Below are positions 17,383 through 24,899 of a stretch of DNA of 27,521 nt, one piece after another. The first letter of the stretch is position 1. Each line of letters starts with the position of its first letter. The notes under the pieces were generated by a model. The model saw only the letters and a list, made by a program, of their open reading frames with translations, did not search any database and had not been told where the DNA came from. Origin of the DNA: a virus (lineage: Duplodnaviria > Caudoviricetes). The DNA is taken from positions 1 to 27,521 of IMG/VR virus record IMGVR_UViG_3300019784_001879. The stretch is one strand, 5' to 3'. Made by a program: the position numbers and the translations under genes.

Positions 17383-17672
17383 TGAACTACGACTACCGTG
17401 TTACCTTCGTAACCGATTATCTAACAATTACTACCAACGTATGCCTTGAATTAGATGACACGATAGGTAACCTAAGTGATGAGGCATATGAACAGGCGAC
17501 TATTAACGGTATGAATAACATAGAGGACGAGATCGGCAAAATAGATGAGACGGTTATCAACGACATAACCGTTACCTTGTTACTAGATGATGAGGAGATA
17601 GAGCTTGGCAGTTTTGGAGAGTTTCCACCCGTACACGTATCAGTAGTAGAAGGGGAGGGGGAGAGTGAGTAG
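17382..17672 (+). CDS. Highly acidic protein (possible DNA mimic)
   Basis: 96 aa with 24 D/E and 2 K/R. Confidence 0.65.
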   Translation: MNYDYRVTFVTDYLTITTNVCLELDDTIGNLSDEAYEQATINGMNNIEDEIGKIDETVINDITVTLLLDDEEIELGSFGEFPPVHVSVVEGEGESE

Positions 17673-17970
17673 AGTATTACGCTTCGATAGTAATGGAGAA
17701 CCATTCTTGGGAGATCCAGATGACAAGATAATTGCATTCCACCCACGAGTATCCCCACTCATTAACCTGTATGAAATAGTAGATGAGAAGGGAGTGGCGA
17801 TCTGGGGTGGCAATAGTGCCAACGAAGCTATTGAATATCTAAGGCGCAGCCCTATCAACTGCAGGGTTCTAGTCTCAGGCTGGGAAAGTGATGAGGAGGA
17901 CGCTCACCTAGTAGGCCAGTCACTGGATATTACTAAGGTTATCTATGCAGCATTGGCAGTAGGTTTATGA
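17665..17970 (+). CDS. Hypothetical protein
   Basis: 101 aa, coupled. Confidence 0.7.
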   Translation: MSRVLRFDSNGEPFLGDPDDKIIAFHPRVSPLINLYEIVDEKGVAIWGGNSANEAIEYLRRSPINCRVLVSGWESDEEDAHLVGQSLDITKVIYAALAVGL

Positions 17971-18251
17971 GTGATGCCAAGAGAATGGCGAGTGCTGCAA
18001 AGGCAGCTGTCTATTACCGTAACTACCGAAGAGCTAGGGATAGGGCTTTAATCAAGCTCTCTCACCTGCACCCAGAAGACTACAAAGAATTACTGGAGAA
18101 GGAGAAGGTGAGTGATGAGCAAGAAGGTAAAACGTGGATTGATATTAACGGCAATACTATTGAGCCTGTTATTCCTACACGTACAAAAACTAGGGGAGCT
18201 ACCCTTACCGAAACCAATACAAACGAAGGCAACAATGGAGGAGAAGAGTGA
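17967..18251 (+). CDS. Hypothetical basic protein
   Basis: 94 aa, ATGA overlap, YRNYRRARDRAL helix. Confidence 0.65.
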   Translation: MSDAKRMASAAKAAVYYRNYRRARDRALIKLSHLHPEDYKELLEKEKVSDEQEGKTWIDINGNTIEPVIPTRTKTRGATLTETNTNEGNNGGEE

Positions 18252-18522
18252 GAACAGAAGAACAGCTTACAAGTTTAGTAGAGCTCTCGGATATACGAAA
18301 GCAGAAGCAACGTGCCTTATCACCCTATGGACCCGTGAGAGCAGGCTTGACCACCTCGCAGACAACCCTAGATCAACAGCTTACGGAATTGCTCAGCTGC
18401 TTAGAGAACGTAGTAGAGAACCTGAACTACAGATCCTTCACGGCTTACGATACATTGAACACCGCTATTCAGGGAGTGCGTGTCGCGCTCTCAGACATAG
18501 CGACAGACGAGGCTGGTACTGA
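18112..18522 (+). CDS. Lytic transglycosylase (SLT/lysozyme-like) with N-terminal signal/TM segment
   Basis: LWTRES catalytic Glu motif, AYGIAQ, YIEHRY and C-terminal GWY; hydrophobic N-terminus. Confidence 0.8.
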   Translation: MMSKKVKRGLILTAILLSLLFLHVQKLGELPLPKPIQTKATMEEKSENRRTAYKFSRALGYTKAEATCLITLWTRESRLDHLADNPRSTAYGIAQLLRERSREPELQILHGLRYIEHRYSGSACRALRHSDRRGWY

Positions 18523-18528
18523 TATAGT
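18520..18528 (+). promoter_or_regulatory. Extended -10 promoter candidate
   Basis: TG-A-TATAGT, about 7 nt before the twin-hairpin element. Confidence 0.5.
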
Positions 18529-18534
18529 CTGACC

Positions 18535-18593
18535 CGCTCACCTCTTCCGAGCAACAAGAACCCTACTGCACCCTTCCGCGGTAGGGTTCTTTA
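18535..18593 (+). ncRNA. Candidate sRNA with two anti-RBS loops
   Basis: GCUC-ACCUCUUCC-GAGC and a 14-bp stem with loop ACCCUUCC. Confidence 0.5.
18556..18593. terminator. Intrinsic terminator between convergent operons
   Basis: AAGAACCCTACTGC/GCGGTAGGGTTCTT stem. Confidence 0.7.
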
Positions 18594-19055
18594 CTTCATA
18601 ATGACAAGTGCAGAAGGGAATGGTGCTGAGTTAGGTTGGTTGCCAAACTTTAATCGGCCACGAATAAATCTAATCTCATATGCATCTATGCAGTAGTCGT
18701 GCCACCAAGCTGTATCAGTACGCGCTGGTACTAAACAAACCACCGTACCCCCCCCGTTAGCAACGGCGTTTGCTTTACGCATCCAATCTTTGATGACCCT
18801 GCCATAAGGTGGGTTCAACCATATAGAACCAGTGCTATCTTCAACCCAATCCCTAACCAATGCATCACGCCTTGACTGGTCTGGATGATCAGGACCGTAC
18901 CAGTTATCAGGTACTAGAGTAGAGGAGGACAACGCAGCTGCATCTAAGGTAAAGTTAAACTCAGCATTGACCTTATCGAAGTAGTCACGTGGTGTAGTCC
19001 ACGTATCATCGTTGGAGGTTTTGAAAGTATCAGTTTTATAGAACCCTTCAGTCAT
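18591..19055 (-). CDS. Phage DNA N6-adenine methyltransferase (phage Dam-like family)
   Basis: WTTP, FTLDAAA, WLNPPYG, LVPARTDT, RGRLKF motifs. Confidence 0.88.
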   Translation of the reverse strand: MTEGFYKTDTFKTSNDDTWTTPRDYFDKVNAEFNFTLDAAALSSSTLVPDNWYGPDHPDQSRRDALVRDWVEDSTGSIWLNPPYGRVIKDWMRKANAVANGGGTVVCLVPARTDTAWWHDYCIDAYEIRFIRGRLKFGNQPNSAPFPSALVIMK

Positions 19056-19228
19056 TATCCACCATTACTATAGAAGCCTTTACCCTTGAAGGTAATGGCA
19101 GGTGTATCCCACTTACGGATCATTGGTATGTGACAATGAAAACAAGAAGGCTCACGTGGGTCTTCGTGAATAGAACGTTCAATAGTCATCTCCCCATTGC
19201 AATCAGGGCAACGATAGTCATACTGCAT
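19055..19228 (-). CDS. FmdB-family zinc ribbon protein (57 aa), not in the ORF track
   Basis: MQYDYRCPDC...CFHC...AITFKGKGFYSNGG. Confidence 0.85.
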   Translation of the reverse strand: MQYDYRCPDCNGEMTIERSIHEDPREPSCFHCHIPMIRKWDTPAITFKGKGFYSNGG

Positions 19229-19611
19229 TAGAGCTGCACCGCCTCTTCTATAGGTAAATAACCTACTAACTTACTGATCTTGTTAGAACGTGCAAACTCT
19301 GTTGTCGCTGGCATCCAATGGGTTACCCATTCAGGTTCAGGTACATCCATTAGGTCAAAAGAAAAGACACCTAACGGTGTCGAATTGATATAGAAGGGAA
19401 TGAGATCCCGTTCAGCAGCCTGCGTTATGAGCTTGCGATACTTCATCTCTTCAATTAATAGTGTGGGGTAATGAGTATAGCGACACTTGAGTTCTATGTA
19501 GTGACCAGCTTTATCACTAATGCAATCAAAGGAGTCATAGATACCCTCAGACTTAGCGAGGTCTGGGTACAAGCTCTCTCTTAGATACTCAAACAATTCA
19601 ATCTCTTTCAT
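19228..19611 (-). CDS. PD-(D/E)XK nuclease-fold protein
   Basis: FDC...YIELKCR motif; start could be 19611 or 19617. Confidence 0.6.
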   Translation of the reverse strand: MKEIELFEYLRESLYPDLAKSEGIYDSFDCISDKAGHYIELKCRYTHYPTLLIEEMKYRKLITQAAERDLIPFYINSTPLGVFSFDLMDVPEPEWVTHWMPATTEFARSNKISKLVGYLPIEEAVQL

Positions 19612-20240
19612 TGCCAAGGGTTGTCACCACCTAAGCCATTCTGCACCTTGCGTAATGCGCTGGTGCATCTACGATCTGCGGTAGATACTGCACACTCTAG
19701 TAAGCCTGCCACCTGTTGTAAGGTAAGTCCTTCGTGGTAACGCATACGAAGTATGGTCTGGTCTTCTACTTCAAGCTTTAGGTATGAACGCTTGACATCA
19801 ATCAGGGTAGCAAGCAGGTTGCCACCTTCTGCTGGAACGCTAGGCTTCTTAGGTGAGCCATCATTGATAAGGTTCTGAGCCTGCTCTAGTACCGTATCAT
19901 CCACAATGGATGCGATAACGTGAGGTAGAACCTGTGCGATCATAGCTGTATCGTAGAAGGCTTCATCACCTGTTCGATAGCCAGACTTAGCCGCCTTCTC
20001 TTTGCGAGCATAACGTTCTGCTGCACGTTTCATTTGCCAAGCAATACGCTTCTCATTGATAACACGTTGGACTGGGTTAGGTTCACTGAGAGCATCATTG
20101 AATTGTGTACCACGAGTAAGCGCCCAAGCAAGGCATTCTTGTAATACATCATCTCGTTCTACGTAGCCACGAAAGCGACGGGCTATTGCACTAGCAACGC
20201 TAGGTGCTATATCGTAGATAGACTTATGCAGTTCAGTCAC
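19608..20240 (-). CDS. RNA polymerase sigma-70/ECF-like factor
   Basis: Region 2-like ERDDVLQE and region 4 HTH ILRMRYHEGLTLQQVAGLLECAVSTA. Confidence 0.8.
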   Translation of the reverse strand: MTELHKSIYDIAPSVASAIARRFRGYVERDDVLQECLAWALTRGTQFNDALSEPNPVQRVINEKRIAWQMKRAAERYARKEKAAKSGYRTGDEAFYDTAMIAQVLPHVIASIVDDTVLEQAQNLINDGSPKKPSVPAEGGNLLATLIDVKRSYLKLEVEDQTILRMRYHEGLTLQQVAGLLECAVSTADRRCTSALRKVQNGLGGDNPWQ

Positions 20241-20634
20241 AGTTTGGTTCTTCTACCTCTGGCCATACGCCATCTAGTACCATCATTGCAATGGCAGAGT
20301 AGTTCAATAGATCTACAAAGCTATCACGCAATGACTCATTACTAGGCTTAACACCAGAGTCAAGTAGGTTATTGATGCGAGCTATCTTGTCCCACATACG
20401 TACACGCAAACCATTAAGTGGTCCACCTGGTGAATGAGCAATGTTCTTTGGGCCGTAGTCGTGATGCTTACGCACCAGTAGATTGCCAGCTTGATCCATA
20501 ATGCGCCAGACGTCAGCGATGAAAGCTTCATTTACCTTGTCGGCGTAGGCCGAAGGAGTATAGTCTCTGTTTCCATATTGATCTCTAGGATCTGGAAGCC
20601 CATATGCTGCAAAATCTGTACCATCTGTAGCCAT
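20233..20634 (-). CDS. DUF1599 / nucleotide-modification-associated domain protein
   Basis: KHHDYG...RMWDKIARINNL...ESLRDSFVDLLNY. Confidence 0.75.
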   Translation of the reverse strand: MATDGTDFAAYGLPDPRDQYGNRDYTPSAYADKVNEAFIADVWRIMDQAGNLLVRKHHDYGPKNIAHSPGGPLNGLRVRMWDKIARINNLLDSGVKPSNESLRDSFVDLLNYSAIAMMVLDGVWPEVEEPNCD

Positions 20635-20648
20635 TCGTCTTTACTCAT
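20532..20648 (-). CDS. Possible overlapping small ORF (38 aa)
   Basis: MSKDEWLQMVQILQHMGFQILEINMETETILLRPTPTR; start overlaps the primase stop. Confidence 0.4.
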   Translation of the reverse strand: MSKDEWLQMVQILQHMGFQILEINMETETILLRPTPTR

Positions 20649-21291
20649 CCTTCTCACCTAGTAGCAAAGCCTTCGTAGCATCTGCGCCATTGGCCAGATA
20701 GAAGTCATTGATGTCCATTGATGGAGGCAATGTTACTATTGTGCTGTTTGATATCTCCTGTGCGACACGCTTGGAGAACTCAGCTCCTGGGTTAGTACCA
20801 TCCTCTTTGATGTCGTTATCTCCAATGACAAACACCCTGTCATAACCTGCAAATAACTTAACAAAGTGTGGCTTCCAAGCTTGTACCCCAGGTACACCTA
20901 CTGCTGGTATGCCAACAACACCTGACAAGATAACAGTATCTAGTTCACCTTCGCATACTGCTATGTATGATGAGTCAATAGTTATATCGCCAACGTTATA
21001 TAGATGAGCCTTCTGTCCCAATGGAGATCCATACTTGGGTTTGCCATCATCTAATCGTCTGAACTTATAGCCAACACACAACCCAGTAGCTGTGATGTAA
21101 GGGATAGACAGCCACCCTCTATGCATCTCGTGACCATTGATAGGATCTGTTACTACACCTAACGAATACTGTTGGGCAACAGCATCAGATATTCCACGTC
21201 CTTCTAGATAATTTAGAGCCTCTTCGTTTATCACCCGACTGTAATGATTGGCCGCTTCCAGCAGTGATTTCGATTGCACGATTGAGGGCAT
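20641..21291 (-). CDS. DNA primase, catalytic TOPRIM subunit
   Basis: YLEGRGI, KPKY, VCEGELD, IGDND, DIND. Confidence 0.88.
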   Translation of the reverse strand: MPSIVQSKSLLEAANHYSRVINEEALNYLEGRGISDAVAQQYSLGVVTDPINGHEMHRGWLSIPYITATGLCVGYKFRRLDDGKPKYGSPLGQKAHLYNVGDITIDSSYIAVCEGELDTVILSGVVGIPAVGVPGVQAWKPHFVKLFAGYDRVFVIGDNDIKEDGTNPGAEFSKRVAQEISNSTIVTLPPSMDINDFYLANGADATKALLLGEKDE

Positions 21292-21562
21292 CTTTGAACT
21301 CCAAATTCTCTATTTCCATAACAATATCCACCGAGCTGCCACCCTTACCGCAGGTATGACAGTAGTACAGGTTCTCGTACGTGTTCATAACAGCACTACG
21401 TCTGCTGTCCTTATGAATGCAACAGCGTACGGAAGCTGATCTACCTTCTCTTACCTCACCGCCATAGTGGGCAACAATTAATCCTACGGGGATTGAGTCT
21501 GCACTAACTCTACCCTTACTCCTGCCCGCTTTACGTGTCCTGGACCAGTCTTGTGCTGGCAT
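21185..21562 (-). CDS. DNA primase zinc-binding (CHC2) subunit
   Basis: CCIHKDSRRS...YYCHTCGKGG...FKDAL. Confidence 0.85.
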   Translation of the reverse strand: MPAQDWSRTRKAGRSKGRVSADSIPVGLIVAHYGGEVREGRSASVRCCIHKDSRRSAVMNTYENLYYCHTCGKGGSSVDIVMEIENLEFKDALNRAIEITAGSGQSLQSGDKRRGSKLSRRTWNI

Positions 21563-21663
21563 ACACACCCCTTATCATCGCACTTATCGTGCCATTGAGC
21601 TGAACGCTTGTAGTGGGTAAGAGTATTCTCTTCTCCTGCCTTATGACAGTTCTGGCAAATCAT
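21484..21663 (-). CDS. Small Cys/His-rich protein (59 aa)
   Basis: MICQNCHKAG...HDKCDDKGCVCQH...; RBS GAGG. Confidence 0.6.
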   Translation of the reverse strand: MICQNCHKAGEENTLTHYKRSAQWHDKCDDKGCVCQHKTGPGHVKRAGVRVELVQTQSP

Positions 21664-21841
21664 CTTCTACCTCTTCAACTACTTCTTCTACTACTGGTAC
21701 AAGTATCTCTGTTGTTGTTATTTCTCCACCTGGTACTGGCATTATCGTTACTACTTTCCCCCATCTCTGGGATTGGCTTAATGACTTACCGCGTTGTGCG
21801 GTACGCCGTCTATGACGAAGAGGCTTAATGGCAACAGCCAT
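21641..21841 (-). CDS. Hypothetical protein with basic N-half and acidic C-half
   Basis: Start MAVAIK after AAGGAG, TAATG-coupled to the resolvase. Confidence 0.55.
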   Translation of the reverse strand: MAVAIKPLRHRRRTAQRGKSLSQSQRWGKVVTIMPVPGGEITTTEILVPVVEEVVEEVEDDLPELS

Positions 21842-22191
21842 TACTGCTTCTCCTTTATCCATTGTGCTAAGTCTTGTATTACCCAAGCATTTTCTATACC
21901 AGAGTTGCGACGCTTAACTACAACATAATGCAATGGAACTTCCCCAAGACCACGTGCATTGGCGTAGTTAAGCGCCTCAACTTCTGCTTCTCTCCAGAAT
22001 TCAGGCAGGGAAAGGGTCTGCCTGTTCTTGAGTTCAAGGATATAGGTTTTCCCCGCAATAATCGCAACCATATCCCCTTCATCCTTACTGCCAGCTTTCG
22101 TCAAGCGTTCAGCAAGAACTCCCATTTGTCGTAGCCACTTGAGAACATCGGTTTCAAACTTCGATCCCTTACGTCCATTAGAGTTGGCCAT
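21841..22191 (-). CDS. Holliday junction resolvase (Hjc-like PD-(D/E)XK)
   Basis: KGSKFE...GD...ILELKN; start MANS after AGGAGAGG. Confidence 0.8.
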   Translation of the reverse strand: MANSNGRKGSKFETDVLKWLRQMGVLAERLTKAGSKDEGDMVAIIAGKTYILELKNRQTLSLPEFWREAEVEALNYANARGLGEVPLHYVVVKRRNSGIENAWVIQDLAQWIKEKQ

Positions 22192-23023
22192 ATGTACTTT
22201 CCTCTCCTGCACTACGAAGGTAAGCTCTACCTTGTGCATCATCATCACCAATCTGACAAGATGCAAAGTCTACAAATAGTGATGCCCATTGAGAAGCATC
22301 AGCAAAGTGTGGACCAAATCGGTTCTTGACCGAAGCCATCCTCAGTAGGTTCTGTGACGGATCATAGCCTAGTGTCAGTATCAAAGCAGGCAATTGACTT
22401 ACCTTTCCGTGAATAGCTCTTCTAGGTGGAGGCATCATAGGAGAACCATACTCGCTTTGTTCGCTGACGTGATGGAGTACTAAGACGCAAGCCTCTGTCT
22501 TGCGTGCCATATCGTGCAACTCCATCATAATTGCACGTAGCCCTGCCCACTCATTGTCTGTTTCAGCAGCCACATTCATTAGGTTGTCTATGACGATTAG
22601 CTCTGGAGCTATTCCATAGAGTTCAACGTAAGCCTTTATCTCCATCTCAATATCATCAAGAGACGGACTGGAGTCAAAGACCCATTGAATGTGTGATGTC
22701 TTAGCCAAGTGTGGTACGTAGTAATTTTGTTGCTTCTCTATGTTGTGTTCCACAGTAACCTGACTGTGGCCCGATAGGTGTGCAGCAGCACGGATCATTA
22801 CAGTTGCGGTATCAGTATCGGCAGAGAAGAAAAGCGTAGGCACATTTGCTTTGATTGCATAGATCAATGCGAACATTGACTTACCAGCATTAGGTGCTGC
22901 AGCTACCATACAGACTTGACCGCGACGAAACTTTATAGATTGCTTAACTAAGTTCTTCCACACATCAGGTAGTGGCGTGGCCTTTGTGGTCACTCCACTC
23001 CAAGCGCGGGAAAGTTTAAGCAC
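22178..23023 (-). CDS. DnaB-like replicative helicase (ATPase domain only)
   Basis: Walker A AAPNAGKS, Walker B IVIDNL, LHH, KNRFG; GTG start after GAGGAG. Confidence 0.88.
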   Translation of the reverse strand: MLKLSRAWSGVTTKATPLPDVWKNLVKQSIKFRRGQVCMVAAAPNAGKSMFALIYAIKANVPTLFFSADTDTATVMIRAAAHLSGHSQVTVEHNIEKQQNYYVPHLAKTSHIQWVFDSSPSLDDIEMEIKAYVELYGIAPELIVIDNLMNVAAETDNEWAGLRAIMMELHDMARKTEACVLVLHHVSEQSEYGSPMMPPPRRAIHGKVSQLPALILTLGYDPSQNLLRMASVKNRFGPHFADASQWASLFVDFASCQIGDDDAQGRAYLRSAGEESTYGQL

Positions 23024-23285
23024 TATTCTCCTCATTCAAAATTATGTGTCTTGCCTTGCGTATCTTTCGTCTATCACCATCGGTGAGTCCACCCCAGATA
23101 CCGTGGCGTTCCTTACGGATACCCCACTCAGCACACTCAGTAATGTGCTGGCAACCACGACAGATTGATTTAGCTGATGCAATACTTAGGCGAACCATTT
23201 TACCTTCGTTTTCCTTATCAGGAAAAAAGAGATCGCCACCTACTTGAGCACATAAAGGAACCTCAAACTCGTGTGGTTCCCGCAT
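23016..23285 (-). CDS. whiB: WhiB-family transcription factor
   Basis: C...LFFP...AKSICRGC..C...GIWGGL..R. Confidence 0.95.
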   Translation of the reverse strand: MREPHEFEVPLCAQVGGDLFFPDKENEGKMVRLSIASAKSICRGCQHITECAEWGIRKERHGIWGGLTDGDRRKIRKARHIILNEENSA

Positions 23286-23288
23286 CTG

Positions 23289-23663
23289 CTATGCCCAGAT
23301 AGTTGCACACTTGTCTGTGGCACCCTTTGGTGCAGCACACATCCAGCCCTTCCAAGGGCCACGAGCAGAAGTACCTGTACGGAAACTCATTACACCGTGC
23401 TTACAGCTTGGTGCTTGACCTTCAACGACAGCAGGGGTTGCAACAGGTGTTGCATTAAAAGCTTGTGCTGCTGAATCAGCGGTTGGAGCTGGTGCTTTAC
23501 CACCATTGAGTTCAGCATCGGTAGTCTTGATAAGTGATGCAACCATTGATAGGTCAGTAAGACCCGTCTCTAGATCTTTAATGTCAGTTGCATATAGATT
23601 GATAAGTGTTCCGCTACTTGTCTTGAAGTTAACTTGGAACTTTGTGTTTTCGTTTGCAGCCAT
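23289..23663 (-). CDS. Hypothetical protein with C-terminal zinc-binding domain
   Basis: CKHG...WKGWMC...C after an Ala/Pro linker. Confidence 0.7.
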   Translation of the reverse strand: MAANENTKFQVNFKTSSGTLINLYATDIKDLETGLTDLSMVASLIKTTDAELNGGKAPAPTADSAAQAFNATPVATPAVVEGQAPSCKHGVMSFRTGTSARGPWKGWMCAAPKGATDKCATIWA

Positions 23664-24605
23664 TTACTTTCCTCCAGATTGTTTGATTGTTAACCGTAAT
23701 GAATCTGCACCTTGCTTAGTTGGTACGAAGCCAAGTTTAGCAAGTACTTCATCTTTGTCTACTGATGTAGGTCCAGCTATCTTGTTCCAACGTACTTGGA
23801 TACCTGTATCTGTAACTCCAGCAATACCTTCAAGAGCAGACTTTAGTGAGTCTTTTTCTTTTGTCAACTCTTTGATCTTCTCATCTAATTGTAAGTATTT
23901 CATCGCATTGGTTGAGGCATCCTTGTCCTGGATTAACACCTCTTCACTAGCGATACGTTCTTTTTTTAGACCAACGCATCCTAACTGCCCACTTGCGTCA
24001 TAGAACTTGCAGTAATGCTGGCAGTAGTTTTCTTCTCGCTCTGGCTCTGGTGCTACCTCTGATGCCTTGATAGCTTCTAACCAACTCAAAGCCTCTAGTG
24101 CCATTGCTTCGTTGTAATCTTCTGTATGTACCTTGACATCTCGCTCATCACCATCACGAGCTATAGCTACTAAAGAGACACGCTTTACATCGTGACCATT
24201 CTTTGCTAATAGATAACCGTATGTCTGTACCTGCCAACGCTGTTGTGTTGATGGGAAGTATGAAAGGTTCTTTACCTTGCTTGTCTTCCAGTCAATGACA
24301 TCACCAGTACCTGGTACGTAGCAGTCAATGTGTGCTTTCATTCCATTGTATTCAACAGATGTTTCAATCATTACATCGGGGTTATCTGATAACGCTTCTT
24401 CGATAGCAGCGTGGATAGCAGTACCCATAATTGCAGCAAGCTTCATCTCATTATCGTTAGTCTCGGGTTGATCGTTAAGTCTGTACCAGACCTTACGACG
24501 ACAGCCACCTAACTCTGATGGGCCAATCTGCACCTGTGTAGAACGTGAACGCTTCGCGTCCCCTGCACGTAGTGCATTCAGTAAGAGTTCTTTGGGATCT
24601 GTCAT
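23664..24605 (-). CDS. Cas4/RecB-like PD-(D/E)XK exonuclease
   Basis: GPSELGGCRR, GTAIH, ID...DWKT, QVQTY, CQHYC...C cluster. Confidence 0.85.
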   Translation of the reverse strand: MTDPKELLLNALRAGDAKRSRSTQVQIGPSELGGCRRKVWYRLNDQPETNDNEMKLAAIMGTAIHAAIEEALSDNPDVMIETSVEYNGMKAHIDCYVPGTGDVIDWKTSKVKNLSYFPSTQQRWQVQTYGYLLAKNGHDVKRVSLVAIARDGDERDVKVHTEDYNEAMALEALSWLEAIKASEVAPEPEREENYCQHYCKFYDASGQLGCVGLKKERIASEEVLIQDKDASTNAMKYLQLDEKIKELTKEKDSLKSALEGIAGVTDTGIQVRWNKIAGPTSVDKDEVLAKLGFVPTKQGADSLRLTIKQSGGK

Positions 24606-24763
24606 ACTCTAAACGCTCCAGTTTCTTCTGCTTGTTTATGCAATAGAAAAGCAAGTCTACAAGCCTTCCAGCCCTGCTCAAACCAGTAATGTGCAGCGTA
24701 TTCACTTGTTGCTATAACATCTTTGAACTCAGGTTCTACATAATCAAATGTATTGAACTCCAT
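24602..24763 (-). CDS. Hypothetical protein
   Basis: Start MEFNTF by TAATG coupling. Confidence 0.6.
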   Translation of the reverse strand: MEFNTFDYVEPEFKDVIATSEYAAHYWFEQGWKACRLAFLLHKQAEETGAFRV

Positions 24764-24891
24764 TAGAATTCCCAAACCACATACCAAAATAAAAAGTCAA
24801 CAGTTATGTGGTACTTATCAATATGAAAACCTAAACTAACTCCACTGTTGCGTCCACTGTATAACCAGTACTTTCCTATCTTCTTTTCCAT
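24763..24891 (-). CDS. Small aromatic-rich protein (42 aa)
   Basis: MEKKIGKYWLYSGRNSGVSLGFHIDKYHITVDFLFWYVVWEF; RBS AGGAGG. Confidence 0.65.
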   Translation of the reverse strand: MEKKIGKYWLYSGRNSGVSLGFHIDKYHITVDFLFWYVVWEF

Positions 24892-24899
24892 AGCTCCTC

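Noticed and set aside
14400-18500. Alternative genetic code explaining the short early ORFs
   Set aside because: The ORFs tile cleanly with RBSs and TAATG/ATGA couplings under the standard code
18248-18532. 94-aa ORF coupled by GTGA
   Set aside because: Lies almost wholly over the transglycosylase catalytic domain in another frame and has no recognisable features
23664-24605. CRISPR-Cas system (Cas4-like gene)
   Set aside because: No array or other cas genes; stand-alone Cas4-like nucleases are common phage recombination genes
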